DNA of 64,000 bases from an uncultured Desulfatitalea sp. (lineage in GTDB: Bacteria; Desulfobacterota; Desulfobacteria; Desulfobacterales; Desulfosarcinaceae): contig CAXXMB010000002.1 in the NCBI GenBank assembly GCA_963668675.2, forward strand, positions 2,688,001-2,752,000, read 5' to 3'. Shown here one piece after another: positions 39,083 to 48,920 of the stretch. The notes under the pieces were generated by a model. It worked only from the letters and a program-made list of their open reading frames with translations. It was not told the origin of the DNA and made no database searches. Within the stretch, counting starts at the first letter, position 1. Each line of letters starts with the position of its first letter. The translations under genes were made by a program, and so were the position numbers.

Positions 39083-40486
39083 TTATTGTTTTTCCAGTGA
39101 GCCAAGCACCCGTTGCACGGCGGCCAGTTTTCGATCGATCTCGGTGGGTTGCATCTGGCGGGTGGCCGGTGGCAACGGTTTGATGAGGCGGTAGAACTTC
39201 TCCATATTGGTCAGAATATCCTTGTTGCCGGCGTCCAAGGCCAGACTGTCGAGCAGCTTGCGAGAGATCTCCGCCGGCTTAACCTTTACCCAATTCGATT
39301 GGTTTCCCACGTAGATGCTGCTAATGGCCGATAGATTGCGAGCCGCTGCGCTGTAGGGGATCGATCGGGCTGCTGCGGTGAATTTTTCATTGGCGGCTGC
39401 GGCCTCCAACGGTTTTCCTCCCATGATGTCGAGACTGCCACTGAGGATGTTGGCCATCGCCCCGGCTTCGGGACTCTGCGCCTGAGCAGAATACTTGGCA
39501 TATCGGGCGAGCGCTCTCTGGGCATACCCTCTCATCCGGTCGACATAGGGGTGGTCGTCGATGCCGTCCAGGTGAACCCTGAAACGCAGATAGCCGACCG
39601 CCCCCTCCACGAAGAACAACTCGGGCAGTCTGCGCCCCATCGGCACATCGCCCAGGCTCGACTGGGCATGGACCCAGCCGCTCGGGCCGGTATGCGCGTA
39701 CGCCTCTATTCTCATCCATCCGTTGCGCGCCTCCATCACCCGGTACTGAAAGGGGATGTCGGGATTGAGGTCGATCTCATCGCCCTTTGAATCGATGTTG
39801 GGGTCTCTGCGCACCATGGCGCTTTTTCTGAACGCACGTCCGATCTGCTTCAACTCATCGACGCTCACCCGCCTGGGGGCAAATGCGAATGCCTGATCCG
39901 GCATGCGTCCGCTAAATGTGAGAGGGCCGTTCGAAGGCGTGTCGACCTGCAGTACGAGGCGATCGTCCACATCGCGCCGCAGGAAGCGGATATAGCTCTG
40001 GATGAAGATGTCACTGCCCTCTTCGTAGAGATACCCCCAGATGAGCACGACCCCCTTGCCGGGTGGAACCTGGGCGCGTGCCCCCCCCACCTTCCCCACC
40101 AACTTGTCCATTACCGTCTCCGCACTGCATTCGGTTTCGAGCATCTTCACAGGGAGATGCCGGACCGACAGGACCGTTGCGCCCACGCCGCTGTACTTCA
40201 GCATGGAGAAGAGCACATTCATCTGCACGAGCAGGGTCAGCTCTTCCGCTGCTTGGGTTAACGGTTTGCGATCTTCGCTCATATTGACATAGGGCAGTAT
40301 GACGGCGTTGACGGCGGCGCCTCTCCACACAAACGGCTTGCGGCACTCGATGCCAATGGCCCCGGCCTGTGCGCCGCTGAAGAGGCAAAGCACCAGAAGA
40401 CAACTGATCGGTCCAATCTGGTGGGCCAGGCGCAGCGGCAAAGCATATACGCTCTTTAAGATTGCCATGCGTCGCTCCTTTCTCAT
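39083..40486 (-). CDS. Hypothetical exported protein (SH3-like segment, helical C-terminus)
   Basis: Signal-like N-terminus; VMEARNGWMRI...SGWVH; ATGA overlap with the upstream gene. Confidence 0.75.
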   Translation of the reverse strand: MRKERRMAILKSVYALPLRLAHQIGPISCLLVLCLFSGAQAGAIGIECRKPFVWRGAAVNAVILPYVNMSEDRKPLTQAAEELTLLVQMNVLFSMLKYSGVGATVLSVRHLPVKMLETECSAETVMDKLVGKVGGARAQVPPGKGVVLIWGYLYEEGSDIFIQSYIRFLRRDVDDRLVLQVDTPSNGPLTFSGRMPDQAFAFAPRRVSVDELKQIGRAFRKSAMVRRDPNIDSKGDEIDLNPDIPFQYRVMEARNGWMRIEAYAHTGPSGWVHAQSSLGDVPMGRRLPELFFVEGAVGYLRFRVHLDGIDDHPYVDRMRGYAQRALARYAKYSAQAQSPEAGAMANILSGSLDIMGGKPLEAAAANEKFTAAARSIPYSAAARNLSAISSIYVGNQSNWVKVKPAEISRKLLDSLALDAGNKDILTNMEKFYRLIKPLPPATRQMQPTEIDRKLAAVQRVLGSLEKQ

Positions 40487-41304
40487 GGGCAGGGGTTGTC
40501 GGGGTCGACCAGCTCTATGAGCGCACCGGTGTAGTTGGCATCCCCGCGCGCCTTGACGATGATCTGTCGGGCAGTCTCTTCAACATAGTCCATCAGGGCC
40601 ATACGGCTCTCTTTTTCACCGGATTCTACCATTGGCTGCAGAAGGATCCGGGCTTTGCAGATGTACTTCATGGCCTCGTCATACTTTCTGTTTTTCAGCA
40701 GGTTGACGCCGATGCCGATGGCCGCGAAGGTTTCCAGTTCGAGGGATTGCTCGAGCAGATTGATCAGCTCTCCGGAGGCAACGTCCGGCGCCTTGGGGTA
40801 GGTGACAAACTGAAGTCCCGGCTGAAACGGATTCTGGTACTCGTCGAGCAGTACCGGAACCAGCACAAAGCAGATGCTTGCGTTGCGGTTGGATACCTGG
40901 TCGTCGAGCTGCTTTCCATCCAGCAAACCCCAGAGTTCCAGGATGACATCTCTGTCGTCGAGAGATTCGACCATCCGTTTGTTGAAGCTCGCCTCCCCCT
41001 TGGGTTTGCGTCCTTTACAGAAGGCCAGGGCCAGAGGGACTGGCGTCGAGCTCAAAGTGAGGCCTTTCGCATTGGTGCGCAGCTTGAAATAGAGCCGCTG
41101 CATGAGGTTCTGTAGCTGGGGGTCTTTTTGCAACCCCTCCTTGGTGTAGTCCAGCTCATCCAGGTAGATCTGATAGATGCCCCCGGACAGGCTCTCCACA
41201 CAGTCGATGGTTTGGGCCTCGCCTGGCTGAACGGTCAACAGCGAAAAAATAACAGCGACGGTGGCCCCAACAGCCATCCAACTTGCCTCTCTCCTGCCAA
41301 GCAT
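40483..41304 (-). CDS. Hypothetical exported protein
   Basis: AAGGAGG RBS; signal peptide ending GEA; TPR-like YDEAMKYICKA. Confidence 0.75.
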   Translation of the reverse strand: MLGRREASWMAVGATVAVIFSLLTVQPGEAQTIDCVESLSGGIYQIYLDELDYTKEGLQKDPQLQNLMQRLYFKLRTNAKGLTLSSTPVPLALAFCKGRKPKGEASFNKRMVESLDDRDVILELWGLLDGKQLDDQVSNRNASICFVLVPVLLDEYQNPFQPGLQFVTYPKAPDVASGELINLLEQSLELETFAAIGIGVNLLKNRKYDEAMKYICKARILLQPMVESGEKESRMALMDYVEETARQIIVKARGDANYTGALIELVDPDNPCP

Positions 41305-41328
41305 AGTGCCTCCTTTGCCGTTGGCGGA

Positions 41329-42036
41329 TTATGGATTCAGTTTTTGGGACGTCCGGTCGATTTCCGCTCGAATTTTATTGAGGGCTTTGTGGTTGGGCGG
41401 ACGGTCTTCACGGACCATTTGGGTATATTTTTCCAAGGCATCGGGCGACGCTAAAATGGTCTTCAATTTTTCCAAGAGGGGAGGCGCTTCGGTACAGCCG
41501 ATATCGCCCAATAGCATGATGGCGCTTCTGTGGGTTTGCCAATAGAAAAGGCCGGAGCGGTTTTCCAACACTTTAATCAACAGATCACAGGTGCTCTCCG
41601 GGTACCGGAATGCCACGGTACGCAAACCCTCTTCAGCCGCCAGGGGCCTGACACTGCCGTCGGCCTGCAGTTCATGAATCAGCGGGACGATGGCCGTCGG
41701 ACCGAAGGCGGCCAGGGATACGGCCGTGGCCTCAGCTTCTGCCGGTCCGGTGTCAGGGCTGCCCAGCTTTACCATGAGATCTTGCATCGCCGTCAGGTGA
41801 TCGAGTTGGAGTCGCTCCTGTTCCATGGCCCCGGTGATGGCGTGGGTCACATAGAAACTGACCGCTGCCAGAATCAGAGGGGTCAAGATGGCGGCGATAT
41901 CCTTGATTCTAGGGAGAATTTTCCTGGAAGACTTGACCTGCTTGATATCCGCTGCCAGCGCATCCAACCTGATCTGGATGAGTCTGGCTTCGTTATCGCT
42001 TAAGCGTGATTCCAGGTTGTTCACCAAGTCCGTCAT
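41329..42036 (-). CDS. Hypothetical single-TM protein with HEAT-like repeats
   Basis: Coiled coil, one TM, LAAFGPTAIVPLIHEL, AIMLLGDIGCTEA. Confidence 0.75.
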   Translation of the reverse strand: MTDLVNNLESRLSDNEARLIQIRLDALAADIKQVKSSRKILPRIKDIAAILTPLILAAVSFYVTHAITGAMEQERLQLDHLTAMQDLMVKLGSPDTGPAEAEATAVSLAAFGPTAIVPLIHELQADGSVRPLAAEEGLRTVAFRYPESTCDLLIKVLENRSGLFYWQTHRSAIMLLGDIGCTEAPPLLEKLKTILASPDALEKYTQMVREDRPPNHKALNKIRAEIDRTSQKLNP

Positions 42037-42209
42037 CGATGGGCCCCTCGTATCGGGTTCAGTACTTGGATCAACAGGGTGTGTTTCGTGTGGTTGACAA
42101 AGCAGAATGGAATAGTGATATCTTAGCGACCAATCGGGAACGGGTCAATGCGGTTTTACACAATTTTCAAAAAGGAAACAGAACCCCTCTTCTGTGGTCT
42201 TTTATCATT

Positions 42210-44417
42210 TTAACCGACAATAAAATCAGGGTAAAGCTTTTTGGCGCACTCGGGGCATAATCCGTGACTGAATTTGGCATCCGAGTGGCTCTGGATGTAG
42301 GACTCGATTTGATTCCAGTAGCCTTTATCGTCCCTGATTTTTTTGCATGATGCACATATGGGAAGGAATCCCTGAAGTGTTTTTACTTCCGATAGTGCCT
42401 TCTGTAACTGGGCGATCAGCTTCTCCCTCTCTTTTTCGGCCTCTTTGCGCTTGGAGATATCGTGGACAATCGAGCAGAGAGCCGTTTTCCCACTGACGCT
42501 GATGGGGCCGCTGAAGACTTCGACGTCGCGAATATCTCCATTTGACAGGCGGTGCCGAAAGTGAAATTGACTCCGCTTTTCCAACTTGGCCAGCGCCATT
42601 TCTTTATTAATTTGCGTTTTTGACAGGGTGTTTATTTCCGACATACCCATCTTTGTCAGGGTCTTTTTTGCATAGCCATAATACTTGCATGCCGAGGGAT
42701 TGGCATCAATAATGGACCCATCTTCCGGATCGATGATCAGTATGACCGATATGTTCTTATCGAAAAAAGAGCGGTAGATGAGTTCCCGTTCTGCCAGAAG
42801 CGCTCTGCTTCTCGCCCTTTCTGTGATGTCGCGCAAATATTCGACAACCGAAGTGATCCGTCCCGATGGGTCGAAAATTGGAAACGCGAACAACTCCGCG
42901 GTGCCAGCGGTACGGCCGAATCTTGAGAAAGGAATTTCATCCATCGCCATCTTGCCGGTTTCCATGGCGCGTACCGACGGGCATGTTTGACAGCATTCAT
43001 CTCTTGCGAAGTAGACCTGATAGCATTTTTTACCCTCCAGTGGTTGATTCTGGTCATATAGGGCTTTCATGGTCTTATTGGCGAGCACAATATTCAGGTC
43101 GCGGTCAAGCACCGTGATGCCATCCTGGATCGAATCCAAAATGGTACTGAGAAACGACTCGCTTTCCTGCAGCCGTTGTTCCGCACTTTTCCGGTCATGG
43201 ATTTCATCCTTGAGTGTCTGGGTGCGCTGTTCCACTTGCGTCTCCAACATTTCATGGGATTTCGCAAGAGCCCGCTCTGCCTTCATATAGTTGTTGCGGT
43301 TAAACAGCAGTGCCGCGATGAGAAGGGCCTGCAGCGCCATCAATACGGCCGCGGCGACGATATAGGTTCCGTAAAGCTCGAAAAACGATGGCGTTTTGTA
43401 TCGTACGATGCTCCCTTTTGGCAGGCGCTCTTCACGGATATGCCACCTTTTCAGTTGACGCCAGTCAAACATGTAAGCGTTGGCCCCCACCACGGCGGGA
43501 ATATTGGCGGGCGTTTTCCCGGACAGGATGTCCAGTGCCATTCGTGCGGCCTTTTCGCCCACCACTGTCGGACTGCTCAATTTTCCCCCCACTATTCCCG
43601 AACCGAGCATCGACTCCCAGAGCCCGAAAATGGGAGCGTTTGCATTCGAGGCCAAATATGCTGCGACTTCTGCCGGTATGAGTGGTCTCTTGTCGTTATC
43701 TTCAAAGGTCGTGACATAGAGGATGAGGGAGTGGTCGGGAAGCTGTTTCACGCGTTCGCCAAGCGATGCGACCGGAAGGCCTATCATGCGATCAACCCTG
43801 ATATGGGGCTCATATTCTTCTATCGCCTTGTCGACCTTTTCCAGGTAGTATCGATCTGTCGCCGAGGATCCGGAGATGACGGTGATCTGCCGGGTTTTCG
43901 GCAGGAGGCGCAACGCAGTCTCGATGCATCCGTTGGCATCGATGGATTCGAAGACTCCCGTGACGTTGGATCTCAATGCCACCGGCTCAAGATCTTCGCG
44001 GATGGATGAGATCAAGACGACCGGGGCGCCTCCAAACAGCTCCCTGCCCTGATTTATGGCAAACGAGCTTGATGGAAAGCCCACGGATATCAGCAGATCA
44101 ACGTTCATCGCGGAGTGCCTGCTCAGATAATAGTTTCGCAGAGCCTCTTGCCTGGACCGGTTGCTCAAATGATCCCGGGATTCGCTAAGACCGGTGTATT
44201 CAATGTGGATATCTGTTTTTATATCTTTGGAAGATTCAAGAGCGGACAGGATTTTCTCGGTGGTAATTTGCTGCCAAGGCAATGCATGTTTGTAAGAGAG
44301 CAACAGCAGGACGTTTTGGGGCACCTCAAGGTTTGATGCAGTTGAAGGGGAAATGATGAAGAGTGACACGAAGAGGATGGATATTGCGAGCCTGTTGAGA
44401 AGATACATGACATTCAC
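42210..44417 (-). CDS. Membrane sensor: periplasmic binding-protein-like domain, 2 PAS, C-terminal Cys4 domain
   Basis: FDWRQLKRW, TM, PAS x2, LPICASCKKIRDDKGYW...SHGLCPEC; no HATPase motifs. Confidence 0.85.
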   Translation of the reverse strand: MNVMYLLNRLAISILFVSLFIISPSTASNLEVPQNVLLLLSYKHALPWQQITTEKILSALESSKDIKTDIHIEYTGLSESRDHLSNRSRQEALRNYYLSRHSAMNVDLLISVGFPSSSFAINQGRELFGGAPVVLISSIREDLEPVALRSNVTGVFESIDANGCIETALRLLPKTRQITVISGSSATDRYYLEKVDKAIEEYEPHIRVDRMIGLPVASLGERVKQLPDHSLILYVTTFEDNDKRPLIPAEVAAYLASNANAPIFGLWESMLGSGIVGGKLSSPTVVGEKAARMALDILSGKTPANIPAVVGANAYMFDWRQLKRWHIREERLPKGSIVRYKTPSFFELYGTYIVAAAVLMALQALLIAALLFNRNNYMKAERALAKSHEMLETQVEQRTQTLKDEIHDRKSAEQRLQESESFLSTILDSIQDGITVLDRDLNIVLANKTMKALYDQNQPLEGKKCYQVYFARDECCQTCPSVRAMETGKMAMDEIPFSRFGRTAGTAELFAFPIFDPSGRITSVVEYLRDITERARSRALLAERELIYRSFFDKNISVILIIDPEDGSIIDANPSACKYYGYAKKTLTKMGMSEINTLSKTQINKEMALAKLEKRSQFHFRHRLSNGDIRDVEVFSGPISVSGKTALCSIVHDISKRKEAEKEREKLIAQLQKALSEVKTLQGFLPICASCKKIRDDKGYWNQIESYIQSHSDAKFSHGLCPECAKKLYPDFIVG

Positions 44418-44585
44418 CCTGATACCGTCCGAGGCCGTTTTAGAATCTGTGCCGATATCGTATCAAAGCGTCATTTTTCATGTTACGGTATACTTATCAT
44501 CATAGAGGATTTGTATGGGCCGATCAAGGTTTCATTGTGGCACTTGCTCCAAGCGTCCCGGGGTTTGTTTATATTGGTAGGCCTT

Positions 44586-45521
44586 ATGAACACCATAACA
44601 AAACGATTTGTGACAGAGGATCAAGTCGTCTGCGACTGCAGCAGAGGGCTCATGTGGCCGGCCGATGCGGCCTTGGGTGAGTTCCCTCTGGCCTGGCACG
44701 AGGCCCTTGATTTTATTTCCGACCTTAACAAGCGGCGGCTTTACGGATATTCGGACTGGCGATTGCCCAACCGCCGGGAGCTTTTCAGTCTGGTCAGCCA
44801 CACGCAAATCAACCCCGCGCTGCCCAAGGGGCACCCGTTTGTCAATGTTTTTTCAGGGTATTACTGGACGAGCACCACCTGCAGCCGCCTGCCCGATCAA
44901 GCCTGGTATCTCCATCTGGGTGGAGCTCGCGTGTTTAAGGGAATGAAGCGCGGCTTTTATATGGTGTGGCCGGTCCGAACGGCAGACATGCACGGCCGTC
45001 TGCCCTATCATACCGGCCAAAGGATCTGTTATTCCGAAGATCATCGGCCGCTCCCATGCTCCGGCGGCGGACAGGACGGGGACGTGCGGGCAGGGCGCCC
45101 ATGGCCGCAGCCGCGCTTTGAGGTGCGCAACGATGGTGTTTTGGATCGATTGACCGAATTGGTATGGGATCGATGCGCCAGCAGGAATGCCGTTCCGGTC
45201 GATTGGGAATCGGCCTGTGAACTGGCGGCTGCGGCCAATCGAGAACAATACGGCAACCATGATACCTGGCGGCTGCCGGCGGTGCGGGAAATAGAGAGCT
45301 TGTGCGATTTGAGCACCCACAGCCCGGCACTGCCTGCGGGCCATCCGTTTGAGGATGTGCGGTCCGACTACTGGACATCATCCACCAGTCGCTACGACCC
45401 ACGGTACGCCTGGGTACTCTATCTGCAGGACGGCGCCGTGGGGGTTGGGTATAAGACGGGTGCGACGTTTTCCGTCTGGCTGGTCAGAGACGAGGTGATA
45501 CCCTCCCCCGGGAGGTTTTAA
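44586..45521 (+). CDS. DUF1566 (Lcl C-terminal) tandem-domain protein
   Basis: Two copies of G(Y/H)..WRLP..RE..SL ... YWTS. Confidence 0.85.
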   Translation: MNTITKRFVTEDQVVCDCSRGLMWPADAALGEFPLAWHEALDFISDLNKRRLYGYSDWRLPNRRELFSLVSHTQINPALPKGHPFVNVFSGYYWTSTTCSRLPDQAWYLHLGGARVFKGMKRGFYMVWPVRTADMHGRLPYHTGQRICYSEDHRPLPCSGGGQDGDVRAGRPWPQPRFEVRNDGVLDRLTELVWDRCASRNAVPVDWESACELAAAANREQYGNHDTWRLPAVREIESLCDLSTHSPALPAGHPFEDVRSDYWTSSTSRYDPRYAWVLYLQDGAVGVGYKTGATFSVWLVRDEVIPSPGRF

Positions 45522-45574
45522 CAGGGGCCGCCGCAGGGGAGGGGTTGCTGTTCGCTGTCAGTGGCATCCGCAGA

Positions 45575-46318
45575 TTACATTCCCAAGTAAGTTTTGCGCA
45601 GTACTTCGTCTTTGAGCAACTCTTCCCCTTTGCCTTCGGCGATGATTTTTCCCGAAGAGAGGACATAGTTGCGGTCGGTCATGGTGAAAACCGTGCTCAC
45701 CTCCTGTTCGACCAGCAGGACGGTGATGCCCAGATCCTTGATCTCCTGAATCTTGCGGAACACTTCGGAACGCATGATGGGTGCCAGGCCGGTCGAGGGT
45801 TCGTCGATGCACAGCAGTTTGGGGCTGGACATCATGGCCCGGCCCACGGCCAGCATCTGCTGTTCGCCGCCCGAGAGCGTCCCGGAGATCTGGTGGGAGC
45901 GCTCCTTGAGCCGCGGAAAGAGCTGATAGACCTGCCGCAGGTTTTCATCGGATTCGTTTTTGTCGCTGAGCAGGTAGGCGCCCGCCTTCAGGTTTTCGAG
46001 GACGGTCATCTCCTTGAACGGACGCCGCCGTTCGGGGCAGTGGATCAGGCCCATCTTGGCAATCTCGTGGGCCGGCGTCTTTTCGATGCGTTTGCCCATG
46101 AACTCAACTGTCCCTTCGAGGGTGATGTCGCCGTCCCCGCCGCGGTGGATGCTCTTCTCCCAGGCCACCAAGCCGGTGGCGGCCCTCAGGGTGGTCGATT
46201 TGCCCGCGCCGTTGGGGCCCACCAGGCTGACCAGTTCGCCCTCTTCGACCTTCAAACTGATGTCGTTGATGATCATCGCCTTGTCGTAACAGACCGTCAG
46301 ATTCGTTATCTCCAGCAC
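45575..46318 (-). CDS. LivF-like ABC ATPase
   Basis: GPNGAGKST, LSGGEQQMLA, DEPS.GLAP. Confidence 0.9.
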   Translation of the reverse strand: MLEITNLTVCYDKAMIINDISLKVEEGELVSLVGPNGAGKSTTLRAATGLVAWEKSIHRGGDGDITLEGTVEFMGKRIEKTPAHEIAKMGLIHCPERRRPFKEMTVLENLKAGAYLLSDKNESDENLRQVYQLFPRLKERSHQISGTLSGGEQQMLAVGRAMMSSPKLLCIDEPSTGLAPIMRSEVFRKIQEIKDLGITVLLVEQEVSTVFTMTDRNYVLSSGKIIAEGKGEELLKDEVLRKTYLGM

Positions 46319-46320
46319 CG

Positions 46321-47088
46321 TTATATCTCTCCTTTACCCAGATAGCATTCGATCACCGCAGGATGCTTGACCACCTCTTCAGGCGAGCATTCGGCCACCA
46401 CTTCACCGTAATTGAGCACGATGACGCGATCGACGATCTTCATCAGCGCCTGCAATTTGTGCTCGATGATGATCATGGCCGGACCCTCGCTGTGCAGTCG
46501 TCCGAAGCGGCCACCCTTGTGCAGTCGCTTGATCGATTTGCCCATCAGGTCAGTCTCGGCCGGGCTCAATCCACCGAACGGTTCGTCGAGCAGCAGCAGC
46601 TCCGGTTCGGTGGCGATGGCGCGCGCCACCTCAAGCCGTTTCAGGTCGCCCTGGGAGAGGGTCGAGGCCTTCTCCAGGGCCATATCCGAGATGCCGGCGA
46701 ACTCCAGGGCATCCATGGCCTTTGCCTCGATGCGTTTGACCCATTCGCCGGTTTTCATCGAGCGGGGCGAAAGGCACGGCACCATTACATTGGCGATGAT
46801 CGGCAGTCGCCGGAAAGGGCGCATGTTCTGAAAGGTGCCGGCAATGCCCATGTTGACGATGTCCCACACTTTTTTCCGGGTGATATCCCTCCCCTTAAAG
46901 CGGACTTTGCCGCTGTCGGGTCTGATCATTCCGGTGATCTGGCGCAACAGAGTCGTTTTGCCTGCCCCGTTGGGCCCGATCAGCCCCACGATTTCGTCAC
47001 GGGCGATATTGAAACTGACATTGCTGGTGGCCTTCAACCCTCCAAAGCTCTTATTCAGATTCGCAACTTCCAACATCGGAACGGCCAT
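46321..47088 (-). CDS. LivG-like ABC ATPase
   Basis: KSFGGL, GPNGAGKTT, LLLDEP, IEH; start moved to MAVPML. Confidence 0.9.
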   Translation of the reverse strand: MAVPMLEVANLNKSFGGLKATSNVSFNIARDEIVGLIGPNGAGKTTLLRQITGMIRPDSGKVRFKGRDITRKKVWDIVNMGIAGTFQNMRPFRRLPIIANVMVPCLSPRSMKTGEWVKRIEAKAMDALEFAGISDMALEKASTLSQGDLKRLEVARAIATEPELLLLDEPFGGLSPAETDLMGKSIKRLHKGGRFGRLHSEGPAMIIIEHKLQALMKIVDRVIVLNYGEVVAECSPEEVVKHPAVIECYLGKGEI

Positions 47089-47089
47089 A

Positions 47090-48799
47090 TTATTTATCCT
47101 CCGCCTCGTCACGCAGTTCCCGTCGGGATACCTTGCCCACGTCGGTCTTGGGCAGTTCTCCCCTGAATTCGATGATACCCGGTACTTTGTAGTGGGCCAG
47201 ATTCTCCTTGCAGAATTCGATAATTTCCTCTTCGGAGAGTTTGCCGCGTGCTTCGCTCTGCAGCACCACGTAGGCTTTGATGATCTGTCCGACTTTGGGA
47301 TCGGGCACCCCGACCACACCGGCCGCCTTGACCTGGGGATGCATGTAGAGCACCTCTTCCACGTGGCGGGCAAAGACCGAGTAGCCTTTGTGCTTGATCA
47401 GATCGCGCTTGCGGTCGAAGAAGAAGAAGTAACCCTCTTCGTCCATGCGCACCAGGTCGCCGGTGCGCATCCAGCGCTTGCCGTCGATCTCGACAAAGGT
47501 CTCCTCGTCGGCGTCCGGCCGCTGCCAGTATCCTGCCATTACGTTGGGGCCACTGAGAATCAACTCGCCCTCCTCGCCGATCGGTTTGAAATCGGTACTC
47601 TCCATGTCAATGACCGCCGCGTCGACACCGGTCATGGGCACGCCGAACGATCCGTGCTTGGGACGATCCTTGGGATTGCTGTGGCTGATGGAGGTGCACT
47701 CGGTCATGCCGAAGCCCTCCAGGATTTTGGTTCCGGTGCGCCGTTCCCACCCTTCGCAGGTGGTGTCGTGCAGTGTGTCGGCGCCGCAGACGATGATTTT
47801 GAGACGTTTCCAGTTCACCCGATCGGTCTTCTCGTGCTCCTTGAGATACTCATAGAGCGTGGGTACGCCATAAAAGGCCGATGCCTGGTAGCGGTCCACG
47901 GCATTGAGAATTTCGTCCATGTCCGGCGTGGTGAACAGCACCAGGGTCTGGCCCTGGGTCAGGCCCGACAGCATTAACACGGCCTGGCCGTAGATGTGAA
48001 ACAGCGGCAGAAAGGCGATGATGGTCTCTTTGCCCTCCTCAACGAACGGCCACCACGCCTTTCCCATCGCATAGGCCGAGACCAGATTGTAGTGGGTGAG
48101 CATGGCCGCCTTGGGCAGGCCGGTCGTGCCGCCAGTGTAAGGCAGGGCGGCAATGTCTTTTTTAGGATCGAATTTGATTTTGGGCGGTTGGGGCGGATGG
48201 GCATTGATAAACTCTTTGAAGACCAGCAGCCCCATGCGCTTGATCTCTTCGGGTGTCGGCGGTTTGAGATCCGCGTAAGCCTTACTGATCGCTTTTTTGG
48301 CAAAGGCCCGCTTGAGCAGGGGCAGAAAATCGCCGAGGTTGGAGAGGATGACGTTATCCAGGGAGACCCCCGCGCGCTCGATGTTGCTATAGAGCATATC
48401 TTCGCAAATCACCGTTTTGGCGCCGCTGTCTTCGAGCTGGTGACGCACCTCCTTGCTCGTATAGACCGGGCTGACCGGGGTCACTTTGGCCCCGGCTTTC
48501 AGGGCGCCGAAGTAGCTGATGATGAACTGGGGTGAATTGAGCAGGTAGATGGCCACCGTGTCGCCTTTTTTGACCCCCAGTTTGGCTAGGCCAGTGGCGC
48601 ATTTGTCGATCAGTTCGATCAGCTCCTTATAACTGATCTTCTTCCCATAAAAGATCAGGGCGGTTTTTTTCTTGTACTTCTCCGCGGTCTGGTCCAAGAG
48701 CTCCGGCACTGCGAGCTCGGGCGTCTTGACGGTCGGGGGGACATCATCCGGATAAAATTTAAGCCATGGTTTGCTGGTGTAGAGTTCTTTTAAATCCAT
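47090..48799 (-). CDS. Long-chain acyl-CoA ligase (AMP-binding)
   Basis: YTGGTTGLPK, EGFGMTE, TGD, DRKRDLI, PKT.VGK. Confidence 0.92.
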   Translation of the reverse strand: MDLKELYTSKPWLKFYPDDVPPTVKTPELAVPELLDQTAEKYKKKTALIFYGKKISYKELIELIDKCATGLAKLGVKKGDTVAIYLLNSPQFIISYFGALKAGAKVTPVSPVYTSKEVRHQLEDSGAKTVICEDMLYSNIERAGVSLDNVILSNLGDFLPLLKRAFAKKAISKAYADLKPPTPEEIKRMGLLVFKEFINAHPPQPPKIKFDPKKDIAALPYTGGTTGLPKAAMLTHYNLVSAYAMGKAWWPFVEEGKETIIAFLPLFHIYGQAVLMLSGLTQGQTLVLFTTPDMDEILNAVDRYQASAFYGVPTLYEYLKEHEKTDRVNWKRLKIIVCGADTLHDTTCEGWERRTGTKILEGFGMTECTSISHSNPKDRPKHGSFGVPMTGVDAAVIDMESTDFKPIGEEGELILSGPNVMAGYWQRPDADEETFVEIDGKRWMRTGDLVRMDEEGYFFFFDRKRDLIKHKGYSVFARHVEEVLYMHPQVKAAGVVGVPDPKVGQIIKAYVVLQSEARGKLSEEEIIEFCKENLAHYKVPGIIEFRGELPKTDVGKVSRRELRDEAEDK

Positions 48800-48920
48800 C
48801 TTCCGATCTTCCTCCTGGTTATGGCCTGATCACACGCTTGCGGATCTGTTATCTCTCTTCATTCGCAAATGGCGCCCGTATTTCACTGAACCATTGAGGG
48901 ACACCACTTGCGCATGAGCA

